This document shows positions 10,184-19,979 of a stretch of 64,000 nucleotides of DNA, in pieces. The DNA lies in assembly GCA_000991245.1 (NCBI GenBank), contig LBRD01000004.1, forward strand, positions 26,235-90,234, written 5' to 3'. A model generated the notes under the pieces. It had not been told where the DNA came from. It saw only the letters and a program-made list of their open reading frames with translations, and searched no databases. Every line of letters starts with the position of its first letter. Positions within the stretch are counted from its first letter, which is position 1. Source of the DNA: Parcubacteria group bacterium GW2011_GWC1_36_108 (GTDB lineage Bacteria; Patescibacteriota; Minisyncoccia; Moranbacterales; GWC2-37-73). Made by a program: the position numbers and the translations under genes.

Positions 10184-11158
10184 ATGTTAATAGACGATAT
10201 TAAAATTGAAGTGGCTGCCGGAAATGGTGGCAAAGGCTGCGTGGCTTTCAACAAGAACTTGATGAGTCTTGGACCGGCTGGCGGAAGCGGAGGAAGAGGA
10301 GGATCTGTCATTTTTGTCGGTGTCTCCGACCTTAATGCGCTTGGACAATTTCGCTTCAGAAAGCAAGTCAACGCTGAAAACGGCCGGGAAGGCAAAGGTC
10401 AGTTTTGTGATGGACCAGATGCCAAGGATGAAATGATCAAAATTCCAGTTGGAACAGTTATCCATAACATCACCACTGGCATTGATCAGGAAATAACCAA
10501 GGTTGGACAAGAAATTTTGATTGCCAAAGGAGGACGAGGAGGAAGAGGAAATTTTCAATTTCGAGGATCCAGAAATACAACACCAAAAGAATTTGAAGAG
10601 GGAAAACCAGGAGAGGGCTTTGAATTGCGACTGGAACTTAAAATGATTGCAGACATCGGCTTTGTCGGACTTCCTAATCTTGGAAAATCATCTCTTCTCA
10701 ATGAACTTACCAATGCCAACGTAAAAGTTGCCAATTATCAATTCACCACGCTTGAGCCAAACCTTGGCGTGTATTATGGTCTTATTTTGGCTGACATTCC
10801 AGGACTAATTGAGGGAGCTTCAGATGGTAAAGGCTTGGGAATAAAATTTTTAAAACACGTCGAACGCACCAAAATTATTTTCCATTTTCTCGCTGCTGAC
10901 AGTGAGGATATTATGGCTGACTATAAAACTATTCGAGCCGAACTTAAAGCTTTCAATCCAGCTTTATTAGAAAAACCTGAATATATCCTAGTTTCCCGCT
11001 CTGATATGGTTGATGAAAAACAGCTTAAGAAAATTATTACCAGAGCCAAGAAGATCAACAAAAATGCTGCGCCTATTTCCATCCACAACTGGGATCAAAT
11101 CCAAAAAATCAAAGAAATCTTAAATAAAATGGACGAAGAAAAACAGAGTGGTAACTAG
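10184..11158 (+). CDS. obg: GTPase Obg/CgtA
   Basis: Gly-rich Obg fold N-terminus (GNGGKG, GGSGGRGGS, GGRGGRGN). The G domain has GLPNLGKSSL, DIPGLIEGAS and SRSD motifs. Confidence 0.85.
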   Translation: MLIDDIKIEVAAGNGGKGCVAFNKNLMSLGPAGGSGGRGGSVIFVGVSDLNALGQFRFRKQVNAENGREGKGQFCDGPDAKDEMIKIPVGTVIHNITTGIDQEITKVGQEILIAKGGRGGRGNFQFRGSRNTTPKEFEEGKPGEGFELRLELKMIADIGFVGLPNLGKSSLLNELTNANVKVANYQFTTLEPNLGVYYGLILADIPGLIEGASDGKGLGIKFLKHVERTKIIFHFLAADSEDIMADYKTIRAELKAFNPALLEKPEYILVSRSDMVDEKQLKKIITRAKKINKNAAPISIHNWDQIQKIKEILNKMDEEKQSGN

Positions 11159-11234
11159 CAACTAGTAATTGGTCACTAGCAAAACAAGAATTAAAAAAAT
11201 CCAAACGATCTGTTTGGATTTTTTTATTTTATTT

Positions 11235-11392
11235 ACGCACATTGCGAAGTGCGTAGGTAAAACACGAGTGATGAGCGTTAAGAAATCGACACGAAGTCGT
11301 GTCGTCCCGCACTTGATGCGGGATCCAGAAAGTCTCACGGATTAGTAAATAACCTGGATTCCCGTTTTCACGGGAATGACAAAGTTACGTTT
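11235..11392 (-). repeat. GC-rich ~155-bp structured repeat, copy B
   Basis: Its reverse complement aligns with copy A across both hairpins and the gcgttaagaaatcgac core. It adds a third terminal hairpin, acgcacattgcgaagtgcgt. Confidence 0.7.
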
Positions 11393-11450
11393 GCCCCAGC
11401 AACGAGCAGTGCAAAAAAATACAAAATAAAAAAATCTACCCTCGCTCAAA

Positions 11451-11819
11451 TTACTCTTGCTCGGATGAGGAATGATGATTTTTACTTGGTTCAAAAGAAT
11501 GCAAAATCGCATTGACCAAAGAAAGAATCAAGCTGAACAAAAGTGCCCACCAAAAACTTTGCACATAAAAACCATCAACGATATTGCTAGTGAGCATTAT
11601 CATCCCAGCATTAATAACAAGCGTAAAAAGTCCCAATGTCAAAATTGTTATTGGCAGAGTCAGAATGATTAAGATAGGTTTTAAAATAGTGTTAAAAAGT
11701 CCCAACACCACAGCCACAATCAATGCCACAAAAAAACTTTTAAGGACAATCCCCGGCAACAAATAAGCCGTAATCATAATTGCCAAAGCCCGCAAAAACC
11801 AATGGAGAATTATATGCAT
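11451..11819 (-). CDS. DUF360/phage-holin-4-like small membrane protein
   Basis: 122 aa with four hydrophobic helices, LPGIVLKSFFVALIVAVVLGLFNTILKPILIILTLPITILTLGLF. This pattern is typical of the YvlD/DUF360 family. Confidence 0.55.
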   Translation of the reverse strand: MHIILHWFLRALAIMITAYLLPGIVLKSFFVALIVAVVLGLFNTILKPILIILTLPITILTLGLFTLVINAGMIMLTSNIVDGFYVQSFWWALLFSLILSLVNAILHSFEPSKNHHSSSEQE

Positions 11820-11977
11820 AAATTTTTTATTTTATAATTATACATTTAGTATAGCATAATCACATATTTCTGCGTGAGTAATCAGTCAATGGTCATCAGT
11901 CATCAAGATTCAGCAAACGCAATGCCATCACGATTACTGATGACAGATTACCGATGACTCGTCATTTATTTCTCCAG

Positions 11978-12958
11978 TTATTTTATGCTATTGAAATAAT
12001 TTTTGATAATCTTTTCCACTTCCCCACTATTTTCCGTTTCCATCAACTTTGCGCGGAGTTCTTTGGCACCGTCAAATCCTGAAACATAGGCCTTAAAATG
12101 CTTTTTCATCACGTGATAACCTTTAATATTTTGGCTTGAAAGTTCTTTTTCAAAAAGTTTGCTATGCTCAATCATCACTGCAAATCTTTCTTTAAGCGGG
12201 ATGTTTTCGATTTTTATTTCTTTATTAAAAAACCAAGGATTGCCAAAAATTCCGCGGCCAACCATCACACCATCAACCTTCGACTGCTCAGCTTTTTTGT
12301 TTCCATCTTCCAAGCTTTCAACATCGCCATTACCAATAATCAAAACGCCGCTTCCACTGGCAATTTCCTTGGCGCGAGCAATCACGTCCCAATGCGCAGG
12401 AACTTCTGACATTTCTTTTTTTGTGCGTCCGTGGATTGTAATTACGGCTGGTTTTTCTGCCAAAATTTCAGGCAGCCAAGTCTCAATTTCATTTTTTGAA
12501 AATCCAATACGCGTTTTCACTGATACCGGCATTTCTCCTGCGCCGTCTTTGGCTGCGCGAATAATCTCGCGAGCAAGTTTTGGATTTTTCATCAGTGCTG
12601 ACCCTGCACCTTGTTTGATAATTGCTTTGTCAGGGCACCCCATATTAATATCGACACCATCAAAACCAAGCTTTTTCACTAATTGCGCAGCTTTTTTGAT
12701 ATTTTCGGGATTTGCTCCAAAAATTTGGGCCACAATTGGATGTTCGTTTTTATTAAAACGTAAATCCTTGATCAAAACTTCTCGTCCTTTTTCGCTAGCA
12801 AGTCCATCAGCACTGACAAATTCAGTATAAAGAACATCTGGTTTGCCATATTTAACAAGCATCTGCCTCTCAGCAATGTCAGTAACGTCAGCCATCGGTG
12901 CCAACACAAAAAACGGTTTCTTCAATTTTTCCCAAAAATTCTTTTTCATATCTAACAA
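11978..12958 (-). CDS. dus: tRNA-dihydrouridine synthase
   Basis: 326 aa. LAPMADVTD and DGVDINMGCP are Dus FMN-binding and active-site motifs. Confidence 0.85.
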   Translation of the reverse strand: MLDMKKNFWEKLKKPFFVLAPMADVTDIAERQMLVKYGKPDVLYTEFVSADGLASEKGREVLIKDLRFNKNEHPIVAQIFGANPENIKKAAQLVKKLGFDGVDINMGCPDKAIIKQGAGSALMKNPKLAREIIRAAKDGAGEMPVSVKTRIGFSKNEIETWLPEILAEKPAVITIHGRTKKEMSEVPAHWDVIARAKEIASGSGVLIIGNGDVESLEDGNKKAEQSKVDGVMVGRGIFGNPWFFNKEIKIENIPLKERFAVMIEHSKLFEKELSSQNIKGYHVMKKHFKAYVSGFDGAKELRAKLMETENSGEVEKIIKNYFNSIK

Positions 12959-13026
12959 GAATAATCTACTTTCACTTATATTTCAAGCTCTTGTGTTTCA
13001 TATACTTTTTTTGATTTATTCCTTCT

Positions 13027-13173
13027 ATGCATTGCGAAGTGCGTAGGCAAAAGACGAGTGATGAGCGTTAAGAAATCGACATAGCAATGTCGTCCCGGAC
13101 AGTAGATCCGGGATCCAGGACCAAAAAAGATGTGCGTGCCAAATCCTGGATTCCCGCCTACGCGGGAATGACA
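13027..13173 (-). repeat. GC-rich ~155-bp structured repeat, copy C
   Basis: Same orientation as copy B and all three hairpins are present. ORF 12976..13230 is its artefactual translation. Confidence 0.7.
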
Positions 13174-13311
13174 AAATATATTCATCTCAACAACAAGCAC
13201 GTGTGAAAAAAGAAAATAAAAAGCCAGCACACAGCTGACTTTTTATTATTTTTCGTATTCCCCTACTCCGCCAGCTGGCGGACTAATTCCTAATACCTAC
13301 AACCTGACCCC

Positions 13312-13686
13312 TTATTCCCCTGTTGTTGTTCCCCCATTAGCTTTCTTGAAAGCTACTTTCCAAGCTGGTTCGTATTCATTGTCCCACTCATCTTTCACCA
13401 CCACAGTTTCACCTTTCATCAAAGTTGAAAGCGCAATGTCATTCATCATTTCTTTTTCCGTTTCCACTTCGTGTTTCAAATCTTCAAGTTTTTCATATGC
13501 GCGACCAAGTTGCAATTGAATGCGAGCCTCAATAGCTTGCTTTTTTTCTCGCAAAACTTTGATCTCTTCCACAATTTCCTCATATTCATCAGCTTGCACC
13601 AATGCATCTTTGTACATATCACGTAAATCTTTTTGTTCTTTTTTCATTTCACGAATGTGATTGAAAACCTCTTGAATGTTTTGCAT
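13312..13686 (-). CDS. hypothetical coiled-coil protein
   Basis: 124-aa ORF with charged heptad-like periodicity and no recognisable family. Confidence 0.45.
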   Translation of the reverse strand: MQNIQEVFNHIREMKKEQKDLRDMYKDALVQADEYEEIVEEIKVLREKKQAIEARIQLQLGRAYEKLEDLKHEVETEKEMMNDIALSTLMKGETVVVKDEWDNEYEPAWKVAFKKANGGTTTGE

Positions 13687-13914
13687 AAATATTAACTCAC
13701 GACTTACAACTTACAACTTACAACATTTTTATTTTTTGTTGTCAGTTGTTTGTTGTCGGTTGTTTGTTGTTTGTTATTAGTTAGTTCTACAACGTTTTTC
13801 CATCATAACATATTTTAAAAAAACAAAAAAGGTGTCGCTAATTACAAGCGCACACCAATTTTTTTGTTTTGTTTTTGTTTTTATTTTTACTTCTCTATTT
13901 AAATTACCAATTTT

Positions 13915-14562
13915 TTATAAATACCTTTCAAGCTTACTGTAATATAGATCAACATCGCTAATCCATTTGTTTTCAGCCACTGTTTTTGTAGCATCCTGAC
14001 AACCATATCCACATTTCCAAATAACCATTTCTTTTGGTGTATCAACTTTTTCCTCCGCTACTAATTCATCAATACGCTGCGCGATAACAGAAACTGCTTG
14101 CTCGGGAGAATCAAAACAAGTATGACCACCACTACCCATCCTTTCGGCTTTCAAACGAAATCCCCAATAATTATAACAATCTTGTCCCGCCAAAACTGGA
14201 TGACGTTTTCCCCAGGCACTTTCCTTTTTTGCAATCGCAACAAGAAAAGCTGCTGTTTTTGGATCTTGCTGCAAAATATATGGAACCATTTTTTCGATAG
14301 GATATCCTGCCACCATTTGTTTGATTTCAAGATCAAGAGGTGTAGCTGCTTTAATTTGAACGGGTTGTTCGGCAACTTTTTTGATATTTTTTTCTACTGC
14401 CTGGCTCATAGTCATAACAGTCGTCACAAAAATAATACTAATGATAAGCATTAAAATTCGACTACGATCAGGGTTAATATTTCCCAAGGTTAAAACATTA
14501 GCCTTTCTTTTTGGCTTACCTGTAACCTTTTTATTTATTTTTTTATTTGTTTTTTTATTCAT
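13915..14562 (-). CDS. membrane-anchored protein, possible GH73-like glucosaminidase/peptidoglycan hydrolase
   Basis: Basic N-terminus and a TM segment. The pattern ESAWGK...NYWGFR...F.SPEQAV resembles the glucosaminidase (FlgJ C-terminal/GH73) core. The assignment is weak. Confidence 0.4.
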   Translation of the reverse strand: MNKKTNKKINKKVTGKPKRKANVLTLGNINPDRSRILMLIISIIFVTTVMTMSQAVEKNIKKVAEQPVQIKAATPLDLEIKQMVAGYPIEKMVPYILQQDPKTAAFLVAIAKKESAWGKRHPVLAGQDCYNYWGFRLKAERMGSGGHTCFDSPEQAVSVIAQRIDELVAEEKVDTPKEMVIWKCGYGCQDATKTVAENKWISDVDLYYSKLERYL

Positions 14563-14647
14563 ATTTCTTTGCCTTTCAAAGCATTTTACTAAATACTCTC
14601 AGCACAATAATGGCTTACACAGGCTAATTTTATGGAAAAAATAAGCA

Positions 14648-14672
14648 AAAACGGGCTTTCACCCGTTTCGAC
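14648..14672 (-). terminator. rho-independent terminator downstream of rarA
   Basis: Stem acgggctttcacccgt is followed by a T-run on the minus strand. Confidence 0.5.
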
Positions 14673-14824
14673 TCTATCTATTCCAATATATTCATTATAC
14701 GCCTAATTTTAACAAAAGTCAATGGCAACAGGGTCGTAAGGTTCGTAAAGTCATACAGAATATTTTTTGATTTTTAATTATTGAAATTTATTTGTATCTC
14801 GTATCTTGTTTTTTGGTTATTATT

Positions 14825-16051
14825 TTATATGTATTTTTTATTTTTAAGTTTGGCAGGCAAATATTCTTGTCCCTCACTATCTTCTACTGGCGTATATTTA
14901 TATCCTTTTCCATATCCTAATTTTTCCATTAATTTTGTGGGAGCATTTCTAATGTGCATCGGCACTGGCAGATTTCCGTATTCCTCAACATCCTTTTTAG
15001 CTTTATTATATGCAAAATATGCGCTCACACTTTTTGGAGCTTTAGCTAAATAAATTACCAGCTGCGAAAGATGCACGCTGCATTCCGGATAACCCAACTT
15101 GTGACAAGCGTCAAAAACATTATTCGCCAAAACCAATGCAAAATTATCAGCCAAACCGATGTCTTCAGAAGCAAAACGAAGGAGCCTGCGCGCAACGTAA
15201 GTTGGTTGTTCTCCGCCCTCTAGCATTCTGGCTAACCAATAAACACTAGCATCAGCGTCGCCGCCACGCATTGATTTATGCAGCGCTGAAATAATATTGT
15301 AGTGCTCCTCTCCGCCTTTATCGTAATATAAATGCGACTTTTGAATAATCTGTCGCAATAATTCTCGTGTAATAATATTACTTTGATTTGCAGCTGCTTC
15401 CAAAGTATTAAGCGCCATACGAGCATCGCCATTAGCTAGTAGCGCAATTTCTTTGACCATCTCAGGAGTGATTTCAATTTCTTTCTCGCCTAATCCTTTC
15501 TCTTTGTCAGTAAGCGCTTTTTGAATAATTTTTTCCAAATCTTTAACTTCCAATTTGCTGAGCACAAAAACTCGCGTGCGAGAAACGAGCGCAGAGTTCA
15601 CTTCAAAGCTAGGATTTTCAGTAGTTGCTCCAATTAGTGTCATCAAACCTCTTTCCACGTGCGGCAAAAGCGCATCCTGCTGGGCTTTGTTCCAACGATG
15701 AATTTCATCGACAAATAAAATTGTCTTTTTTTGTTGCCATTGATTTTCTTCTGCTTTAGAAATAGTTTTTCTAAGTTCCTTGATTCCACTAGTAACCGCA
15801 CTTATTTTAATAAATTCAGCCTTAGTTTCATTGGCGATAATTGCAGCCAAAGTTGTTTTCCCGCTGCCTGGTGGTCCCCATAAAATCATTGAGGGGACTT
15901 GATCTGCCTCAATTGCTTTTTTCAAAAATGATTGCTCGCCCACCAATTCTTGTTGACCAAAAAACTCCTCCAGTGTTTGAGGTCGCATCCTGTCTGCTAG
16001 TGGTGCATTTTGAAATTGAGTTTCTTTTGTCATAGCACCAGTATAACGCAT
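14825..16051 (-). CDS. rarA: replication-associated recombination protein A (AAA ATPase)
   Basis: Walker [10 protein letters not shown] and Walker [17 protein letters not shown]. The MgsA C-terminal region ([23 protein letters not shown]) is present. Confidence 0.85.
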   Translation of the reverse strand: MRYTGAMTKETQFQNAPLADRMRPQTLEEFFGQQELVGEQSFLKKAIEADQVPSMILWGPPGSGKTTLAAIIANETKAEFIKISAVTSGIKELRKTISKAEENQWQQKKTILFVDEIHRWNKAQQDALLPHVERGLMTLIGATTENPSFEVNSALVSRTRVFVLSKLEVKDLEKIIQKALTDKEKGLGEKEIEITPEMVKEIALLANGDARMALNTLEAAANQSNIITRELLRQIIQKSHLYYDKGGEEHYNIISALHKSMRGGDADASVYWLARMLEGGEQPTYVARRLLRFASEDIGLADNFALVLANNVFDACHKLGYPECSVHLSQLVIYLAKAPKSVSAYFAYNKAKKDVEEYGNLPVPMHIRNAPTKLMEKLGYGKGYKYTPVEDSEGQEYLPAKLKNKKYI

Positions 16052-16323
16052 TATTTCATATTCTCAATATCTTTTCTTTTTTGCTCAAATTCTTCCTTAT
16101 TGATTTCGCCTTTTGCATAGCGCTCTTTGAGAATTTTTAAAGCCGAATTTTCTTTATCTTGCATGCGCCAATCCAAACCACTTTTTCCACTTACAGCTCT
16201 GACAAAAGCAATAATTGCCCAGATAATCAAAGCCCAGATAATAATTGTAATAATCCAGCCAAAACCAAAACCGCCATATCCCATCATTTGGCCATATCCC
16301 CAATCTCCATATCTTCCCATCAT
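16051..16323 (-). CDS. SHOCT-domain small membrane protein
   Basis: 90 aa with a GYG-rich N-terminus and one TM segment. The C-terminal LKERYAKGEINKEEFEQKRKDI is the SHOCT motif. Confidence 0.55.
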   Translation of the reverse strand: MMGRYGDWGYGQMMGYGGFGFGWIITIIIWALIIWAIIAFVRAVSGKSGLDWRMQDKENSALKILKERYAKGEINKEEFEQKRKDIENMK

Positions 16324-16396
16324 AAGACATCCACCTCCTTCTACTTTTTAAATTTAACTTCCTTCCTTTGTAATACGCCTTTTTTAGATAAAAAAT

Positions 16397-16433
16397 CTCA
16401 AAAGACGCCTAGGGGGCGTCTTTTGAAAAAAAA
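16397..16433. terminator. hairpin terminator
   Basis: caaaagacgcctagggggcgtcttttgaaaaaaaa. Confidence 0.55.
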
Positions 16434-16450
16434 TATTCAATTATTGATCT

Positions 16451-16936
16451 CTATTTTTTTATTTTTTGATAAAAACTATTTTTCAGGATAATCGGCAAAA
16501 CATATTTATACATTAAAAAAGAAACGACAAAAGCAATTATTATGCTACCTGCAATGTCCACTGCGTGATGAACGCCAGCCAAGACCCGCGAGGTTCCAAC
16601 TAATAACGCCAAGATTAAAAGAAGGGCACCGAGTTTTTTATTGAAAAAATAAACAACTGAAGCTACGGCTGCGCTAAGGAGCGTGTGATCTGATGGAAAG
16701 CCGTTATTATCGGCATGCGGAATAAGCGGAACAAACTGTTCAACCACAAATGGACGGGGATTATAATAAAAAAGAGAAGAAATTTTTGCCATCAGATAAA
16801 TTACTGGCAAAGTGATGACTGCAAAAACGATTATTTCCATCTTTTTTTCGCGAGAAAGTTTCAAGAAAAACACGAATGCAATTAAAATCATCACCGCCGT
16901 CAAATGTCTAGCTCCAAATATTATTATGCTGTCCAT
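16451..16936 (-). CDS. PAP2-family phosphatase (undecaprenyl-diphosphatase-like)
   Basis: 161 aa and multi-TM. PSDHT and SRVLAGVHHAVD match the PAP2 PSGH and SRxxxxxHxxxD motifs. Confidence 0.7.
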   Translation of the reverse strand: MDSIIIFGARHLTAVMILIAFVFFLKLSREKKMEIIVFAVITLPVIYLMAKISSLFYYNPRPFVVEQFVPLIPHADNNGFPSDHTLLSAAVASVVYFFNKKLGALLLILALLVGTSRVLAGVHHAVDIAGSIIIAFVVSFLMYKYVLPIILKNSFYQKIKK

Positions 16937-17101
16937 ATTTTTATATCCAATAAATTAAAAAATGTACTTAAATTCTAGCATAAAAACACTCTTAATGGGA
17001 ATTTTCTTTAATTTTTACCATTTTGTTGAAAATTTCCTGTATGAAGAAATAGTCTTTTTGGGCGTATAATATAATTGCGGACATAAAATTTAAAAACAAC
17101 T

Positions 17102-18133
17102 ATGAAAAAAATATCTACCATCATAGGAATCGTATTGCTTTTATCTTTGGCAATTTTTTCAACTTTCTATTTTAGAAATAAAACTGTTGAAAAAACAACA
17201 CCAACAGAAGTAAAAAATGAAATTAAAAAACAAGAAACCGAGCCACGGTGGCCAGCGCTCACAAAAGATTCTATTCCTACAATGGCTAACAAAAATTTTA
17301 CTGGCTCCGATTTGCAGCTGGTAAAATTTTTAGATAAAAATGATTTTTACACGCGTTATTCAATCACATATAAAAGCGAAGGTTTTAAGATTTCTGGAAT
17401 TTTGAATGTTCCTGTTGGCAAGGGACCCTTTCCTGTTCTTTTTTTGAATCACGGCTTTATTGATCCAAAATTTTACACCAATGGACAAGGACTGAAACGT
17501 GAACAAGATTTTTTTGCTAAAAATGGTTACGTTGTTTTGCATAGTGATTATCGTAACCATGCTGAGTCTGATTTTGATCCTGAAAATGATGTGCGACCGC
17601 GCTCTGGTTATGTTGAAGATGTTTTGAATGCTATCAGTGCTGTGAAAAATTCTTCTTTTGAATTTTTTGACAAGGAAAATATCGGTATGCTTGGACATTC
17701 AATGGGCGGCGGCATCACGCTCAACGTGATGGTAACCAAACCTGACATTGCCAAGGCCTATGTTCTTTTGGCCCCTATTAATGCTGATTATAAAATAAAC
17801 TTCGAAAAATGGGTAATTCCCGATGAAGATTTTTCCGGTATCGCTGAAAAATTCTACCAGCAATATGGAACATATGAAGAAAATCCTGAATTTTGGAAAA
17901 ATATTTCAGCTATAAATTATTTGGACAAAATAAAATCCCCAGTGCTGCTTCACCAAGGAGCAAAAGACAAAGATGTACCAGTTCAGTGGTCGCGTGATCT
18001 TGCGCAAAATTTGAAAGCTGCAGGGAAAGATATTACCTACTTCGAATATCCCAATGGTCCGCACACTTTCATCAACGAACAATCAATCGTAATGCAACGC
18101 ACGCTGGAATTTTTCGACAAAAATCTCAAGTAA
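17102..18133 (+). CDS. alpha/beta hydrolase (S9/dienelactone hydrolase-like), secreted or membrane anchored
   Basis: N-terminal signal/TM segment and the GHSMGG nucleophile elbow. Downstream Asp and His residues are consistent with a catalytic triad. Confidence 0.7.
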   Translation: MKKISTIIGIVLLLSLAIFSTFYFRNKTVEKTTPTEVKNEIKKQETEPRWPALTKDSIPTMANKNFTGSDLQLVKFLDKNDFYTRYSITYKSEGFKISGILNVPVGKGPFPVLFLNHGFIDPKFYTNGQGLKREQDFFAKNGYVVLHSDYRNHAESDFDPENDVRPRSGYVEDVLNAISAVKNSSFEFFDKENIGMLGHSMGGGITLNVMVTKPDIAKAYVLLAPINADYKINFEKWVIPDEDFSGIAEKFYQQYGTYEENPEFWKNISAINYLDKIKSPVLLHQGAKDKDVPVQWSRDLAQNLKAAGKDITYFEYPNGPHTFINEQSIVMQRTLEFFDKNLK

Positions 18134-18147
18134 AAAAATCTTTGAAT

Positions 18148-18260
18148 TTTTTGTTTGCCTGTTTTCTTTTTGGCCAATTATTGCGATAGCAATTCTTTGA
18201 GTTCTTGACCATAGTCTTGGGTCAAGAACGTGCTCAAAAAGGAAACAGGCAAACAAAAAA
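18148..18260 (+). repeat. palindromic repeat family 3, copy a
   Basis: Outer 19-bp stem gtttgcctgttttcttttt/aaaaaggaaacaggcaaac encloses the inner palindromes ttgcgatagcaa and ttgaccatagtcttgggtcaa. It is about 90 percent identical to 57520-57640. Confidence 0.65.
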
Positions 18261-18329
18261 TAAGCATTAAACTTAATGCTTATTACATTATATATAATAC
18301 TTTTTATATTTTAAACAAAGTATCTTGAA

Positions 18330-19382
18330 TTACTTTTTCATAAATTCCGGTTTTTTTATCAGGCCTCTTTTGCTTCTTTTTTGCGCTTGGGCTGAATTTT
18401 TCTCTTTCTTGGCTTTAAAATGATCAAGGCTTCCAGAGAGCTTGATAAAGCTGTCATACCTTTGCTGGTCAATTTTACCCTCTTTTAGGGCATCAAGGAC
18501 TGCGCATCCTGGGCTCTGTACGTGGTCACAGTCATTAAATTTACAATGCTGGGCAAAGATCTCAATGTCGTCAAAAGCCTCGCCTAGAGCATCCTGAGAA
18601 GCCCAGAGCCCCAATTCTCGCATCCCTGGAGTGTCTATCAATAATCCACCAGAAGGAAGTAATAATAATTCCCTTTTGGTGGTTGTGTGACGTCCGCGAC
18701 TATCATCAAGTCGCACCTCTTGAGTCTTTTGCAAATCAATTCCCAACAAAGCATTTACTAAAGTGGATTTCCCCACACCAGAAGATCCCACAAAAACCAC
18801 ACTTGACCCTTCTTGAATTAGATCGCGTACATCCTCCACTCCTTGACCACTGTGCGCGCTAACCAAAAATATTTTAATCCCTGAAATTTTTCGAGATACT
18901 TCTTCAAGCTTCGCCTTTGGATCAGGAGATAAATCAACCTTATTCAAAATAACAATTGGCTCACACCCCCCTTCTTTAGACATCGCAACATATCTCTCAA
19001 GCCTGCTAATATTAAAATCTCCATCCAATCCCTGCACAATAAAAACAATGTCAATATTGGCAGCAATGATTTGTTCTGCTACATCTTCGCCTGCACGCTT
19101 CCTACTTATCTTGGTTTTTCTCGGCAATACAGACTTTATAATAGCCTTAGCTTCACCAGAAAGTTTTTCTATAGTAACCCAGTCACCAACTTTTGGATAA
19201 TCAGCTTCCGACTCAGCGCTGCGCATAAATTTTCCTTGTATAATACCCTCCAATTCCCCACTTTCGGCGTACAACAAATAACCGCCCCTGTTTTCCACAG
19301 CCACCCGCGCAATATTTTTTTCATCAATGTTTTCGGGTAAGGACTTTTTATACAAATCCCAACCGAGTGTTTTTAAATCCAT
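18330..19382 (-). CDS. rsgA: ribosome small-subunit-dependent GTPase A
   Basis: Circularly permuted GTPase order, LNKVDL before GSSGVGKSTLVNAL. The C-terminal Zn-finger cysteines (CKFNDCDH..PGC) are present. Confidence 0.85.
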   Translation of the reverse strand: MDLKTLGWDLYKKSLPENIDEKNIARVAVENRGGYLLYAESGELEGIIQGKFMRSAESEADYPKVGDWVTIEKLSGEAKAIIKSVLPRKTKISRKRAGEDVAEQIIAANIDIVFIVQGLDGDFNISRLERYVAMSKEGGCEPIVILNKVDLSPDPKAKLEEVSRKISGIKIFLVSAHSGQGVEDVRDLIQEGSSVVFVGSSGVGKSTLVNALLGIDLQKTQEVRLDDSRGRHTTTKRELLLLPSGGLLIDTPGMRELGLWASQDALGEAFDDIEIFAQHCKFNDCDHVQSPGCAVLDALKEGKIDQQRYDSFIKLSGSLDHFKAKKEKNSAQAQKRSKRGLIKKPEFMKK

Positions 19383-19424
19383 ATTTTAAATAATTTTCAA
19401 CGTCTTAATCTTTGAATAAGGAGC

Positions 19425-19530
19425 GAGCGAAAATACTTTTTCTTTTTTCACTTAAAACAAGTCTCTTTGGTGTTATGTCAAAAGTTGCAATTGTTTTTCT
19501 GTGACAAAAAGAAAAAGGTATTTTGAGCAA
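19425..19530 (+). repeat. palindromic repeat family 2, copy b
   Basis: ctttttcttttttcacttaaaacaagtctc...gtcaaaagttgcaattgtttttctgtgacaaaaagaaaaagg with imperfect terminal inverted repeats. Confidence 0.6.
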
Positions 19531-19589
19531 GCGACCAACCTTATCGTTAACAAATAAAGCATAGCACAATCAGAAAAATAGCAAAACAA

Positions 19590-19615
19590 AAACCCTCCGA
19601 GGAGGGTTTTTGTAA
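19590..19615 (-). terminator. terminator downstream of cspA
   Basis: aaaaccctccgaggagggttttt hairpin with T-runs. Confidence 0.6.
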
Positions 19616-19637
19616 AAATATCTAAAATACGAAAGTA

Positions 19638-19841
19638 TTAGTTGATTTTTGAAACGTTGATTGCGTTTGGTCCTTTTGGGCTTTCGCTTACTTCGAACTC
19701 AACCTTGTCACCTTCTTGCAATTCGTTGAATTCAGCATTCTGAAGTTCTTTTGCATGAAAGAAAAGATCCTTATCACTTCCTTCTTGAGAAATGAATCCG
19801 AATCCTCGGTCTGTCAAACGTTTGATTGTTCCTTGGTTCAT
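19638..19841 (-). CDS. cspA: cold-shock protein (CSD)
   Basis: 67 aa. GFGFI and LFFH are the RNP motifs of cold-shock domain proteins. There is a ~140-nt 5' leader. Confidence 0.85.
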   Translation of the reverse strand: MNQGTIKRLTDRGFGFISQEGSDKDLFFHAKELQNAEFNELQEGDKVEFEVSESPKGPNAINVSKIN

Positions 19842-19979
19842 TGTGTTGTTTGATAGTTTTAGTTAAATGCACGTTTGGGCTGCGCCTATTAAAGCTCGAC
19901 TAGGCTATTGCGAAGTACCTACTATTGCCTTTTAATGATAGCATTTCTTGAGCAAAAAGTCAATAGACAGCGATATTCC

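Noticed and set aside
10063-10395. 110-aa - strand ORF
   Set aside because: It is antisense to the Gly-rich Obg N-terminus and upstream region, and it overlaps the obg start.
12159-12830. 223-aa + strand ORF
   Set aside because: It is antisense within dus and has a low-complexity S/P/I-rich translation.
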